Source: Chthonomonadales bacterium | GTDB lineage: Bacteria > Armatimonadota > Chthonomonadetes > Chthonomonadales > CAJBBX01 | Direction: 5' to 3' | DNA: 64,000 bases | NCBI GenBank assembly: GCA_027459625.1 | Contig: DAIDHP010000008.1 | Span: 38,862 to 102,861, forward strand | Made by a program: the position numbers and the translations under genes | The notes under the pieces: generated by a model | Seen by the model: the letters and a program-made list of their open reading frames with translations, nothing else | Told to the model about the DNA's origin: nothing | Databases searched by the model: none | Shown: positions 28,251-41,736 of the stretch, piece after piece | Numbering within the stretch: position 1 is the first letter of the stretch | Layout: each line of letters starts with the position of its first letter

Positions 28251-28690
28251 ATATTAAAAACCTTCCAGCAGTGAAGGCGCCGCCCGGGGGGCTTATGCAA
28301 CATATGCACGCTAACCGTCATGAGCCAATCTCAAAAGACAGCGATTCAGGATTCCCCCTCTGCATCATTTTTGTTGCATTAAAGACGCAACGTTGCATAC
28401 TTGCAAATAAAGTTCGATGATTTCCGATTCACCGAAACAACAAACGTCCCCTATTCTATTGAAATTCTTAGCATTCCGAGGAAATTGCAATAATCAAAAT
28501 GAGAGGCGAACAATATATTTTTGATGCCTTGCAGTATCTGAAACTCTTTTTGCATTTCTTCGAATTTATGGCAACCATGACAATGCATGGCGTTCTCTCT
28601 AAGAATCCGCCCTAGTAATATACGGATGGATGTTAGGATCATGTTAACGGGTATAACGGATTCGACGTAAAAGAGTTCCAGCCAATGTTT

Positions 28691-29719
28691 TTATCGACCA
28701 ACCTCAAGTACGGTGAAGGTGTCGGGAACGACTTTTCGCCTCCATGGCGGTGTTGGCGTCCCATTGTCCGGAACGAATTTTGCGGTTACAAGATATATCG
28801 CATGCGTTTTTGCATCCAATGCCATCGTTCTGGCGCCTTTTTCAGTGGGAATGGTTTCCATTGTCTGATATGATCCGTTTGCGGTTCTCTTTATTACGGA
28901 AAGCGTCCCATCCATGCCATTGGAACTGAACGCTTCTTGAGTCATCGGATCAAATATCGCGGCGTCGGGCCCGGCGCCGATTTCAGGTGTTGCGAGGATA
29001 CGCCCAGTGGTTCCATCCATGACAACCATCAGGTGATTGCGACATGTGCTGAATAGCACGTCATGCTTCTCGTCTATCGCCAAGCCGGATCCGCCATCTC
29101 CCGGGGAGACACTCCAAGCGTGAAGCGTAGCAAGGCTTTTCGCATCGAACACCTGTATCTCCGCTTTATCGGGAATATTTACAAATATCAAGCCCTTGTC
29201 ATTTGATACGGCGGCTTCAGGGCGTGCATCCAACGGTGCTGTTCCGACCACCTTGTCCGTGCGCGCGTCTATGACGGTTGAGTCGGAACTACCACCGTTG
29301 AATGTGAAAACTCGGTGTGTGAACGGATCATATAGTATCGAATCCGGACGGTCCCCCACCTGTATTTTTCCGATCGTCTTCAGGGTTCTCAAGTCTATTA
29401 CCGCGACGGTGTTATCCCCCCCGTCGCTAATGAATCCCTTTCCGATATCTTCCGCTAAGGCTATTCCGTGCACGCCTGGCGTATCCGGGATATCTCCAAC
29501 AACCTTGTCCGTATCGACATTCATCACGATCATGTGTGTGGAGCGGGAAATGAACAGCAAGCGATGAGAGCTATCCAAATTCAGATAATCCCACATCCCA
29601 TTGCCACCGAGTGTTATCATCTTGATCACGTGATAGTTGGTATGACCGAATGCGCATGTCAAAATGGACGCCATTGCCCAAATGCAAACAATAGGTGCGA
29701 GATGGATTCTCAGTTTCAT
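28691..29719 (-). CDS. YncE/YVTN-like beta-propeller repeat protein, exported
   Basis: Trimmed to Met35 (GGAGAGGAG RBS, signal peptide MKLRIHLAPIVCIWAMASILTCAFG). Repeated ~40-aa units ending in D..T.KV.G.I..G..P. Confidence 0.65.
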   Translation of the reverse strand: MKLRIHLAPIVCIWAMASILTCAFGHTNYHVIKMITLGGNGMWDYLNLDSSHRLLFISRSTHMIVMNVDTDKVVGDIPDTPGVHGIALAEDIGKGFISDGGDNTVAVIDLRTLKTIGKIQVGDRPDSILYDPFTHRVFTFNGGSSDSTVIDARTDKVVGTAPLDARPEAAVSNDKGLIFVNIPDKAEIQVFDAKSLATLHAWSVSPGDGGSGLAIDEKHDVLFSTCRNHLMVVMDGTTGRILATPEIGAGPDAAIFDPMTQEAFSSNGMDGTLSVIKRTANGSYQTMETIPTEKGARTMALDAKTHAIYLVTAKFVPDNGTPTPPWRRKVVPDTFTVLEVGR

Positions 29720-29813
29720 ACGATTGACTCCTCTCCAGCGATGAAGTATTTTGAGCAATATACCGCCATATTCCTTGCGGTATTGTGTAAAACGAACATC
29801 GCAAGGGTTGTTT

Positions 29814-30314
29814 TCATTCATGACGGAGCAAAACGAAAGTGTAAATACCGATTGTGCCGAAGATCACAACTAATACCAGTGGAAGGAACCCGATGTTTTC
29901 ACCGTTGGAGTGAGTGCTGGCTAATGTAATGGTGTTCCATTCAATATAGCTGAAAAGAGCGAGTTCCTCAATTTTCAACCATGCCAGCATCTCCCTGGAT
30001 TTGCGATACAAAAAAGGTGCGTTCGCCGCGGTGACCTCTTTCGGATAGTTGAAAAGATGAGGATAACGCGCCAATACGGTGAAGAGAATATACAGCAGCG
30101 TGCCAATAGCGGGCAATGCGAATAGAGCGCTCTTCCCACCCCAAGCGTCCGCCTTGCCTGAAAAACCGAAATGAGTTGGGATTTGACCATTAATGCTTGC
30201 ATAACTATTCGCGATATGCACCCACATCAGACAAATAATGATCAGTGATAACACCTCCAATCCCTTCTCCAACGGGGAGTACGGGAGATTTAAAATCGGA
30301 CGCTTGCGATTCAT
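29814..30314 (-). CDS. DUF1648 domain membrane protein
   Basis: The N-terminal TM followed by NGQIPTHFGFSGKADAWGGKS is the DUF1648 pattern (SdpI-related N-domain). Confidence 0.6.
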   Translation of the reverse strand: MNRKRPILNLPYSPLEKGLEVLSLIIICLMWVHIANSYASINGQIPTHFGFSGKADAWGGKSALFALPAIGTLLYILFTVLARYPHLFNYPKEVTAANAPFLYRKSREMLAWLKIEELALFSYIEWNTITLASTHSNGENIGFLPLVLVVIFGTIGIYTFVLLRHE

Positions 30315-30767
30315 GTGAAATTTCCTTCAAGGACGGATTCTTTAAAGCTAATACTTGATTCCATTCGACTTGCCGGACGATTTATCGTTGAGGAGGTATT
30401 AATTCTTGCGAATGAGTCTGATAGATATCCGCGTGTCGTATCAGTTCATTTTCAATTTCGATAATCCGACAGTGCGTCACGCGCAAGAAGGGTTGTATTC
30501 GCTTCTTTACACGGATTTCGCTATCATCCCCATGGAAATCATTCTCAATGAAACCATATTATCCCAAAACCATTTTTCACGTCAATCTGTTATAATCTAC
30601 ATTGGTTGAGTAATTGTCATGTTCATTCGGTTTAATATGAAACTCTTATCGGAGAAGATCCATAGGGATTGGAAGATCAGGGCAATTACCCACTGACGAT
30701 CAAGAAAAGTTAAGCAAGCGTCATTAGATGTCGTTATTTTTACGTTTTTGGTTATAAGGAGAAACCC

Positions 30768-32069
30768 ATGAAACCGATCTCAACCGCTATCGCACTACTT
30801 GCCACGTTAATCGTTTTGTCTTCTTTGCCAACTCAAGCCGCAGTAAAGACCAAGCCTTCAGCCAAATCCAAATCCGCCTCAGTCGCAATGGAGAAGAAAA
30901 TTCAAATCACATTTGAAGCCATACACCAAGCCTATTTTCATCTGCACTCCATACATCTTATGATTAACACGCTGATCTCAGCCAGCGGAACGCAGATGAA
31001 GGGAACATCGGAACTGGCATTCATCAGAGGAAAAAAGTTCTTACTCAGTCAAACCGGCTCCATGTTACCCGGGCAAAACGAGGTCTTCCGGGTGGTGAGC
31101 GACGGCGTGAAGGTGCAAACCTATGATTCGAACCTTAAGCAGTATACGGAAAAGCCCTACACCTCTTCCTCATTCCCTCCGAAAACTGGGGATATCCTCT
31201 CCCCCGGGCTACAGTTGTTTATGCCGATGATGTCAATCGGAAAAACCACGCAGGATGACTCCCTGCCGCCAATACAGCCGGGCACGGCGATGATTTTGAG
31301 ATCCAAAATCGATGGGCAGCCAATGGAATTACTCCAAATGGGCTTGCAAGGCATGCCGGGTTCCAAATTGCAAATGTGGGTAAACCTTAAAACCCATTTG
31401 ATGAGAAGATTCGCATTGATGATGAAATCGCCCCAGGGGATGGTTGGCATCCATGAGGATTATCTCATAAAATCCATTAATAAGCCGATTCCATCCGCCA
31501 TGTTCCGGATTTCGCCGCCTAAGAACGCTAAACTTGTGGATGAATTCGTCACCCCAGAGCAGCAGCAAGAGCAGGACACGACTGCAAAATACGTGGGAAA
31601 ACCGGCGCCTGATTTCACATTGAAGGACACAACGGGGAAGGACGTCACCCTAAGCGGCTACAAAGGACATGTTGTGCTGCTTGACTTCTGGGCCACATGG
31701 TGTGGCCCATGCCAGATCACCATGCCGATTTTCGAGCAGATACATAATGAGTATTCCGATCAGGGGCTCATTGTGGTGGGAGTGAATACTTGGGACACGG
31801 AAAAGGCTCTCGCTCCTTATCTGAAGGAGAACGCCACCAAATACACCTTCCAAATCCTGGTCGATCCCGCAACCGATCCGAACCAGAGCGTCGCCACAAA
31901 ACTTTATGGAGTGCAGGGCATCCCCACTACGCTCATCATCGACAAGAATGGCGTCGTACAAGCTTACCTTGTCGGGGTTCATGAAAAACAGAATTACCTC
32001 AACGCTCTGGCGAAAGCGGGCATAAACATGAAGACGGGAAGTTCCGACAATCCTCCCGCGAAACAATAA
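30768..32069 (+). CDS. Exported TlpA-like thiol:disulfide oxidoreductase with a ~270-aa N-terminal domain of unknown function (possibly LolA-like)
   Basis: AAGGAGA RBS and a signal peptide. C-terminal APDFTLKDTTGKDVTLSGYKGHVVLLDFWATWCGPC...GIPTTLIIDKNG is a redoxin/TlpA domain. Confidence 0.8.
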   Translation: MKPISTAIALLATLIVLSSLPTQAAVKTKPSAKSKSASVAMEKKIQITFEAIHQAYFHLHSIHLMINTLISASGTQMKGTSELAFIRGKKFLLSQTGSMLPGQNEVFRVVSDGVKVQTYDSNLKQYTEKPYTSSSFPPKTGDILSPGLQLFMPMMSIGKTTQDDSLPPIQPGTAMILRSKIDGQPMELLQMGLQGMPGSKLQMWVNLKTHLMRRFALMMKSPQGMVGIHEDYLIKSINKPIPSAMFRISPPKNAKLVDEFVTPEQQQEQDTTAKYVGKPAPDFTLKDTTGKDVTLSGYKGHVVLLDFWATWCGPCQITMPIFEQIHNEYSDQGLIVVGVNTWDTEKALAPYLKENATKYTFQILVDPATDPNQSVATKLYGVQGIPTTLIIDKNGVVQAYLVGVHEKQNYLNALAKAGINMKTGSSDNPPAKQ

Positions 32070-32275
32070 AAAGCGCGGAAAGGTGATTGGAAAATACGCT
32101 TGGAGTATCCTTCATGATTAGCATCTGTTTTGCAATTACCTCCCTATAAAAACAGGGTGGATTCAATACTCACATTGCATTGAACCATCGGCGATTCACT
32201 CGTCCCGGGAATACGGCAGTGGAGTTTTATGGTTCACCTATATATCATGATTAATCGAGGAGATTACTAACCGCA

Positions 32276-33274
32276 ATGAAAAAAACACTGTTCATTGGGG
32301 GTACAGGTACGATCAGTACCTCGGTGACAACTCTCGCAGTGGAAAAAGGGATGGATCTATATCACCTGAATCGTGGCATGCGGCAAGCGGAGCCTACAAA
32401 GGGTGTGAAGACAATTCACGCCGACATACGAGACATCAACGCCGCGAAAGCGGCTCTGAAGGGAATGGATTTCGATTGTGTGGTGGATTGGATTGCGTTC
32501 ACCCAGGATCATATTCAAGCCGATCTGGAGTTATTCGCAGGACACACTGATCAGTTCATTTTCATCAGTTCCGCGTCAGCATACCAGAAGCCGCCGGTGC
32601 ATTATCGCGTCACAGAATCAACCCCCATGCATAACCCGTATTGGGAGTACTCAAGAAATAAAATTAGATGCGAAAACATGCTCCTTGACGCATATCGCGA
32701 GGGGCGAATGCCTGTAACTATCGTGAGACCATCTTATACATATGATGACAGGCACATCCCCTTCTGCGTCGGATCGGGATACACCATTGTGGACAGGATG
32801 CGCAAGGGCAAACCCGTAATCGTGCATGGCGATGGGCAATCGTTATGGGTCATGACTCGCAGCGAGGATTTCGCAAAGGGTTTTGTAGGTCTGATAGGAA
32901 ATCAGCAAGCCATTGGAGAGAGCTTTCACATCACATCCGACGAAGCGCTGACATGGGATCAGATAGTGGAAGCCGTGGGCAAGGCTGCCGAAGCCAAACC
33001 AAGAATCGTGCATATGGCGTCGGACTTCATCAACAGCCAAAACCCAGGGTTGGGCGCGGGATTGCTTGGGGATAAAAGCTGTACGATGGTATTCGATAAT
33101 TCAAAGATCAAGCGTGTGGTTCCCGAATTCATGGCGACCATTACGTTCCAAGAGGGGGTCGCTCGTTCCATAGCGTGGCATGACGCCGATCCGCAACGTC
33201 AAAAAGTGGATGAAAACGTCAACGCCATGATCGACAAGCTGCTTGCGGCATATGGCAACGGCAAATTCGCCTAA
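32276..33274 (+). CDS. NAD-dependent epimerase/dehydratase family (extended SDR)
   Basis: FIGGTGTIS Rossmann motif, FISSASAY, YSRNK (YxxxK), 332 aa. Confidence 0.8.
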   Translation: MKKTLFIGGTGTISTSVTTLAVEKGMDLYHLNRGMRQAEPTKGVKTIHADIRDINAAKAALKGMDFDCVVDWIAFTQDHIQADLELFAGHTDQFIFISSASAYQKPPVHYRVTESTPMHNPYWEYSRNKIRCENMLLDAYREGRMPVTIVRPSYTYDDRHIPFCVGSGYTIVDRMRKGKPVIVHGDGQSLWVMTRSEDFAKGFVGLIGNQQAIGESFHITSDEALTWDQIVEAVGKAAEAKPRIVHMASDFINSQNPGLGAGLLGDKSCTMVFDNSKIKRVVPEFMATITFQEGVARSIAWHDADPQRQKVDENVNAMIDKLLAAYGNGKFA

Positions 33275-33287
33275 ATTGAAGAAGAAT

Positions 33288-33317
33288 GGTATGGGCGCCC
33301 TTATGGCCGCCCATACC
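33288..33317. terminator. Bidirectional hairpin between convergent genes
   Basis: GGTATGGGCG (33288-33297) and CGCCCATACC (33308-33317) form a perfect 10-bp GC-rich stem with a 10-nt loop. Confidence 0.4.
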
Positions 33318-33336
33318 ATGCATAATTCCATTTCAC

Positions 33337-35241
33337 CTATTTTACTGTCGCTTGCTCCTTGCCATCGGAGGGAGAGGCGAGATCCTTGCGTTGCCATACG
33401 CGAACGTAGTCGATTATGAAATCATTCGGCAACTTGGAATTGTCAATGGGGTTGTTATCCCATCCCCCTTGTGGGAGCGTGAACATGATATCCTCAGGCA
33501 CATCCGATATTCGCGGGTTGTCCCATACCAGCACCTCTCTGCCGTTACAGTAAAACGACGCATGTCCCGGCGACCATAACAAACCGCACGTGATATACCC
33601 CTCTTTGTCAGGCTGAACGTAGATTTTATCCGAACCCACGCTCTTATGTTCCTTCCCATAGCCGTCACAGTGCATTGCGATGTTGTAGCGATAAAGTCCC
33701 CATCTATCCAGATGCTCCATTACATCGAACTCCATCCCGCCATTGTGTGTGTCCTGGCGACCGCTTTGAGGAGCATAGGAAGGTCCGCGATCCGGCATCA
33801 TCCAAAAAGCTGGCCAAAGTCCGGGAGCCGTGGGAAGCTTCATTCTCGCCTCGAAATAACCATATCGCTGCGCCCATTTCTCGTAAGTGTGAAGATACCC
33901 GGAGGCGTAATCTGTTTTTTTCTCCTTAGGATCATCGTCGTTGTATCCGCTTTTTTTCTCGTATCGAAGTCTCACAACACCACCACCAACAATCACATCA
34001 TCCTTGCTCCAATGAGATTCCTTGTCCCAATAGTTAGGACCGTATATGCTCCATATGCTCTGATCCAGGCTGTCGCGATTGAACTCATCGTCCAAGGTCT
34101 TCACCCAATCGCCAGGAACCGGGGGTCTTTTTCCGAGCCAGCTTTGCTCCTGCGGCGTGGGGGGCAAGCTGGCGGTGATGGACTCCACCAAAAGCTTCCT
34201 CGTGTTATCCGGATGATCGGCTGAAAAGAGTATTCCTGAAATGCTGTCGTTCGTAATGCGGTTCTCGGACGCCTTATCTCCTATCACGATGGGAGGTCCG
34301 AGGAATGTTATCACCACCTCCCCCGACTTTCCGGGAGGTATCGGATTATTCGCGGACACCCAATCCGTAGAACCGCCATTGCTCTCCAATTTGACCTTCG
34401 GGGTGCAAGCGGTGGTCCCATCGTTATGAATTCGCGCCGTGACTTCGAGATAGTCTCGCAGATCCCAACGCGCATTCACAGGAGCGAATGTAACGGATTG
34501 GTTCGGTTGATTAGCCGGAAGAGTGATTTGCAGCGAGGAATCCCCGTTTGTATCGTTGTAAGATACCTCTGCATTGTATGTGTTCACCTGTGTCTTTATA
34601 TTAGATCCGCTTCCTTTCCCGAGAATGATACCGTTTTCTGGCTTGATAAGAATTTTATCGGGCGGGAGGGGTGGTTTTTCGCCTGCGGTTCCCGTCGCCC
34701 GAATGGAGAGAATGCGAAAGAATTGCGGAGCATCGGTTTTACTGGCAAAGAGCACCAGATTCACCACTTCGGAAGAGTTAAGCTTGTATCCGGGTTTATA
34801 TCCATAGGAGTATCCGAAATACACCGGCACGACGCCTGTCGCCATCGGAGCGATGGTCAGGCTTTCCGTGTCCCATGGGTTGTTACGCCAATCCCCGGCG
34901 TTATCCACGCGCAAGGAGATGCGCAACGGATGGGAGCCAATATTCAACACCTTCGCCTCCACGCATCCATAATCGGAAAGGTTCCAGGACGCCCCTGTCG
35001 ATTTGATATTCACCCCGGGATATGCATCCTTCCCGGACTGAATGGAGACATCCACGCCGGGATTTACGTGATCGGAACTTAACGCAAATTTGACTTCGTT
35101 GGAACTTGCGCTCATTCTATGCATGATATTATCTTTTAACCCCAGGAGATCAAGGGACCGAGCGTGTGCGCTGGATACGAAGAAGCCAGATAAAAGAAAG
35201 ACTAACGAAACGGAGAGAAGAACCGAACGCGTGGTGATCAT
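33337..35241 (-). CDS. Secreted glycoside hydrolase family 16 enzyme with N-terminal beta-sandwich (CBM-like) modules
   Basis: Signal peptide. C-terminal catalytic domain with the GH16 ExDxxE motif (GGMEFDVMEH). Confidence 0.8.
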   Translation of the reverse strand: MITTRSVLLSVSLVFLLSGFFVSSAHARSLDLLGLKDNIMHRMSASSNEVKFALSSDHVNPGVDVSIQSGKDAYPGVNIKSTGASWNLSDYGCVEAKVLNIGSHPLRISLRVDNAGDWRNNPWDTESLTIAPMATGVVPVYFGYSYGYKPGYKLNSSEVVNLVLFASKTDAPQFFRILSIRATGTAGEKPPLPPDKILIKPENGIILGKGSGSNIKTQVNTYNAEVSYNDTNGDSSLQITLPANQPNQSVTFAPVNARWDLRDYLEVTARIHNDGTTACTPKVKLESNGGSTDWVSANNPIPPGKSGEVVITFLGPPIVIGDKASENRITNDSISGILFSADHPDNTRKLLVESITASLPPTPQEQSWLGKRPPVPGDWVKTLDDEFNRDSLDQSIWSIYGPNYWDKESHWSKDDVIVGGGVVRLRYEKKSGYNDDDPKEKKTDYASGYLHTYEKWAQRYGYFEARMKLPTAPGLWPAFWMMPDRGPSYAPQSGRQDTHNGGMEFDVMEHLDRWGLYRYNIAMHCDGYGKEHKSVGSDKIYVQPDKEGYITCGLLWSPGHASFYCNGREVLVWDNPRISDVPEDIMFTLPQGGWDNNPIDNSKLPNDFIIDYVRVWQRKDLASPSDGKEQATVK

Positions 35242-35488
35242 CGGATATCGCCTTTCGCGAAAAGGAATAGTTGTTAAAGGGATTATCGGTTATATGATAC
35301 ACCATTGCTCAATTATTCCAAAATCTGGCATGCGTCGGGTATCCTATTGATTGCCCAAGATGGTTTGCATTGTTTTTTTCCTTTTGATCCGTACGGCGCG
35401 AATAAATCCCTCTGAGACTCGGAAAAAATGATATTATGTGAAATCAATTATCCTGCACCGCATAACCTCCTTAAGGAAAGGTGCGAGA

Positions 35489-35947
35489 ATGGAAATTGAG
35501 GCGTGGGAAACATTGATAAATGGGACGAATTGCCCAATGTGCGCCAATAAATCCCCGATGAATTTGCTGCTCCCGCTTCCATCGGGAAGGGCGATATTGC
35601 TTGATGACAGGGATTTCAAGGGGTATCTGATCCTCGAATACCGAAGACACGTCACAGAGATCACAGATCTTTCCCCACAGGAGAGATCGCAACTCGCCGA
35701 GGATGTCAACGCCTGTGCCTCCGCGTTGCAATCGGCTCTTCACCCTAATAAAATCAACTATGTCATCCTCGGCAACGAGGTTCCGCATCTTCATGTTCAC
35801 ATCATTCCGCGCTATTTCGACGATGGCTGGTGGGGCAAACCAACTTGGCTTCGACCCGCCGACAGGAAACTCACCTTGTCGGCGGAGGATTACGATAAAC
35901 TTCGCGAAACGCTGTTAATCGCATTTAGAGTGGCGGGAAGAATATGA
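35489..35947 (+). CDS. HIT family hydrolase
   Basis: Start at Met18 (AAGGAAAGG RBS). CPMC zinc motif and histidine triad HLHVHIIPR. Confidence 0.8.
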   Translation: MEIEAWETLINGTNCPMCANKSPMNLLLPLPSGRAILLDDRDFKGYLILEYRRHVTEITDLSPQERSQLAEDVNACASALQSALHPNKINYVILGNEVPHLHVHIIPRYFDDGWWGKPTWLRPADRKLTLSAEDYDKLRETLLIAFRVAGRI

Positions 35948-36672
35948 AAGTTATCGCTATCATCCCCGCGCGCCTCGCAGCAACCCGACTGCCGCGCAAA
36001 CCGTTGCTATCAATCGCCGGAAAGCCGATGATACAATGGGTGTGGGAGAAGGCGACTTCAGTGAAAACGCTTGAAGGGGTATACGTGGCGACGCCCGATC
36101 GGGAGATATTCGATGCAGTGGAGGCATTCGGGGGCAAGGCGATCATGACTTCCGACAGCCACCAATCTGGAACCGACAGGCTTGCGGAGGCGGCTGAAAC
36201 GCTTAATTCGGATATAGTCGTCAACATACAGGGCGATGAGCCGCTCATCGATCCCAACTCCATCTTACTTCCCTTGAACGCCTTGCTCGATAACCCTGAC
36301 ATCCCGATGGCTTCCCTCATGTGTCCTTGTCCCGAAAAGGAGCGAGACAACCCCGCGTGCGTGAAGGTTGTATGTGATCGATTCGGCAATGCGCTCTACT
36401 TTTCCCGACATGGAATCCCCTACCAACGAAATCCGGATCCAGAAATGCCGATTCGCCAGCATGTGGGGATGTACGTATACCGTCGTGACTTCCTTCTTCT
36501 CTACAGTCGAATGGAGCGAACCCCTTTGGAGCGAACCGAGGGGTTGGAGCAGCTTCGCGTCATTGAAAACGGTTACAAAATCCGCATGTGCGCAATAGAA
36601 AAAGCCCCTCTTTCCGTGGATACCCCGAAGGACCTGGAAGGCGTGAAGAAAATTCTCCTGCAGTCGAGATAA
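35944..36672 (+). CDS. kdsB: 3-deoxy-manno-octulosonate cytidylyltransferase (CMP-Kdo synthetase)
   Basis: IIPARLAATRLPRKPL, GTDRLAEA, VNIQGDEPLI blocks. ATGA overlap with the HIT gene. Confidence 0.9.
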   Translation: MKVIAIIPARLAATRLPRKPLLSIAGKPMIQWVWEKATSVKTLEGVYVATPDREIFDAVEAFGGKAIMTSDSHQSGTDRLAEAAETLNSDIVVNIQGDEPLIDPNSILLPLNALLDNPDIPMASLMCPCPEKERDNPACVKVVCDRFGNALYFSRHGIPYQRNPDPEMPIRQHVGMYVYRRDFLLLYSRMERTPLERTEGLEQLRVIENGYKIRMCAIEKAPLSVDTPKDLEGVKKILLQSR

Positions 36673-36921
36673 TTCACTTTGCATTCACGTCAATCACACG
36701 ACAGTGGAAACAATACGCGCCATGCTCGATATCATCATCTTCAAAGAGAGTCTCGGCGTATGCAAAATTAAAATGACCTGAATCAAAGTGAATTCAGGCT
36801 GTTAAAACACCTATGCATTTTCCCCCTTACATCGCACCATTCCATTTTTCGAAAGCTGAAATCCGCTCTCTGGATCCAGAATATAGTTGCACCGTCACAT
36901 CGATAATGTCTATGGGGGTAA

Positions 36922-40137
<3,216 letters not shown>

Positions 40138-40263
40138 ACGACAAAGGATCCAATTCTCAAGCGGATATTCTTCTCGTCCCGTTAACCTCGCTCAGAGGCA
40201 GACGAGAAGCGGTGTTCGCGGGTATACTTTATACGATTTTTTATTATCCGGGAGTATTTGCTT

Positions 40264-41130
40264 ATGGCGACAATGCGGCATATCCGTTCACGCATCAAGG
40301 TGGCGAAAAATATCGAGCAGATCACCAAAGCCATGAAGATGGTGGCTGCGGCAAGGTTGAAACGCGCTCAAGACAGAGTGCAGGCGGCGCGTCCTTACGC
40401 TGAAGCCATGGACGAAATTATGGCGCGTCTCGCCAAGGCGGCGGCGGGTGAAGCCGAACATCCTCTGCTTGAAAAACGCGATGTGGTCAACACAGGGATA
40501 CTCCTATTCACATCGGATAGAGGTTTGGCTGGTTCATACAACTATCAGATTATACGTGAAGTAATGGAGCTCGCAGGCGATTATGACAAAGCGCATTTGA
40601 AAATGTACATTGTTGGCAAAAAGGGCAACATCTACTTCTCTCGCAGGGGTTATCAGGTGGTGCAAACAATCACCGTGAACTCCAACGTTGCAAGTTTATC
40701 CGATGCCCAAAATATCATGAATATCATCACTCAAGCCTACGCCGAACGGGAAATAGACGAACTCCACATCGCGTATACACGTTTCGTAACCGCAATGACT
40801 CAGCACCCGACGATAGAAAAGCTACTACCAATCGAACATCTCTCCGAGAGTGAGATACTCAAGGAGGAGGCGGACTTCCTATTCGAGCCCGAAGCCCCGG
40901 CACTAATAAATGAATTGCTCCCGAGATTTATGCTCACTCAGATTTATCAGGCACTCTTGGAATCTCTCGCCAGCGAGCACGGTTCTCGTATGACCTCCAT
41001 GAGCAGTGCGACCGATAACGCATCCAAGATGATTAGCGGATTGACTCTCACGCTTAATCGTGCGCGACAAGCCGCCATCACCAAGGAGATTTCGGAGATC
41101 GTAGGCGGCGCCGAGGCTCTTAAGGGGTAA
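40264..41130 (+). CDS. atpG: F1 ATP synthase gamma subunit
   Basis: MATMRHIRSRIKVAKNIEQITKAMKMVAAARLKRAQ...SDRGLAGSYN...ARQAAITKEISEIVGGAEAL is full-length canonical gamma. No other atp gene is adjacent. Confidence 0.9.
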   Translation: MATMRHIRSRIKVAKNIEQITKAMKMVAAARLKRAQDRVQAARPYAEAMDEIMARLAKAAAGEAEHPLLEKRDVVNTGILLFTSDRGLAGSYNYQIIREVMELAGDYDKAHLKMYIVGKKGNIYFSRRGYQVVQTITVNSNVASLSDAQNIMNIITQAYAEREIDELHIAYTRFVTAMTQHPTIEKLLPIEHLSESEILKEEADFLFEPEAPALINELLPRFMLTQIYQALLESLASEHGSRMTSMSSATDNASKMISGLTLTLNRARQAAITKEISEIVGGAEALKG

Positions 41131-41135
41131 CAAGG

Positions 41136-41167
41136 AGGGGGATTGGCGCGAATCCACCCTTCATTTT
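41136..41167 (+). terminator. Hairpin plus T-rich tail after atpG
   Basis: AGGGGGATT-ggcgcg-AATCCACCCT (9 bp, one bulge) followed by tcattttcc. Confidence 0.3.
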
Positions 41168-41239
41168 CCTCATCCATAATCCGATAATTTATGGATAGCC
41201 GCTTAGTGCAAAGCCAAAATCGATTATCACGAGCGTTTT

Positions 41240-41734
41240 ATGAAGTCTCCCCAGGAAATCAATACCGCCGGCAGGGAGTTCGCGCGTCGCTATATCAACA
41301 TTCTCTGCGAATTACGATTGCAACCAGGGATTAGGCAGCGCGTGGAACTGATCATGTCCGATTTTGCGGACGAGCATCCGAATCTGCGAGCCAGTTACAT
41401 CTCCCGCGAAGTGGACGAAGCCTATTTTCCCGTGAATGATTTCCCGCCCGAAGCCTTGACGCAGCCTAGCCTCCAGGGGTTGGCGTTGGAAGGTGAGCAA
41501 CTATACGAATTCATATCATTTAGTCAGGGGCTTCGTACAGAGGTGATGGATTTGAATTCCATCGTGGATATTCAGGAGGTTTGGTTGGAGCCAAAACAAG
41601 ATTTACCTTTTTTACTTCGCATCTCCATACTGCATCGATTTCCCGCCGCCACGATCCTCATCGCAAACTCAGGCGAGGCGCAGGATATGGCAAGAGAGTT
41701 TATTGGCAGATTGAAATATCTAAGAGGTTGGTGA
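41240..41734 (+). CDS. Hypothetical cytoplasmic protein (164 aa)
   Basis: Open frame with protein-like composition. No SD and no family recognised. Confidence 0.45.
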   Translation: MKSPQEINTAGREFARRYINILCELRLQPGIRQRVELIMSDFADEHPNLRASYISREVDEAYFPVNDFPPEALTQPSLQGLALEGEQLYEFISFSQGLRTEVMDLNSIVDIQEVWLEPKQDLPFLLRISILHRFPAATILIANSGEAQDMAREFIGRLKYLRGW

Positions 41735-41736
41735 AG

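Noticed and set aside
28451-28642. 63-aa minus-strand ORF with HCHGCH in the long spacer between the kinase and beta-propeller genes.
   Set aside because: No SD, no recognisable family, and odd composition. The evidence is insufficient to call a gene.
33646-35082. Long ORFs antisense to real genes: 33646-34224 and 34426-35082 opposite GH16; also 23707-24297, 14650-15422, 35925-36684, 52083-52571 and 50478-50942.
   Set aside because: Each lies entirely inside a motif-supported gene on the other strand. Each has low-complexity, Arg/Ser/His-rich composition, no RBS and no recognisable domain. These are typical shadow ORFs.
41132-41330. Strong AAGGAGG right after the atpG stop and a ~45-codon ORF starting at 41191.
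   Set aside because: The AAGGAGG is 50 nt from that ATG and forms the 5' arm of the post-atpG hairpin. The short ORF is out of frame with, and overlapped by, the more protein-like 41240-41734 ORF.
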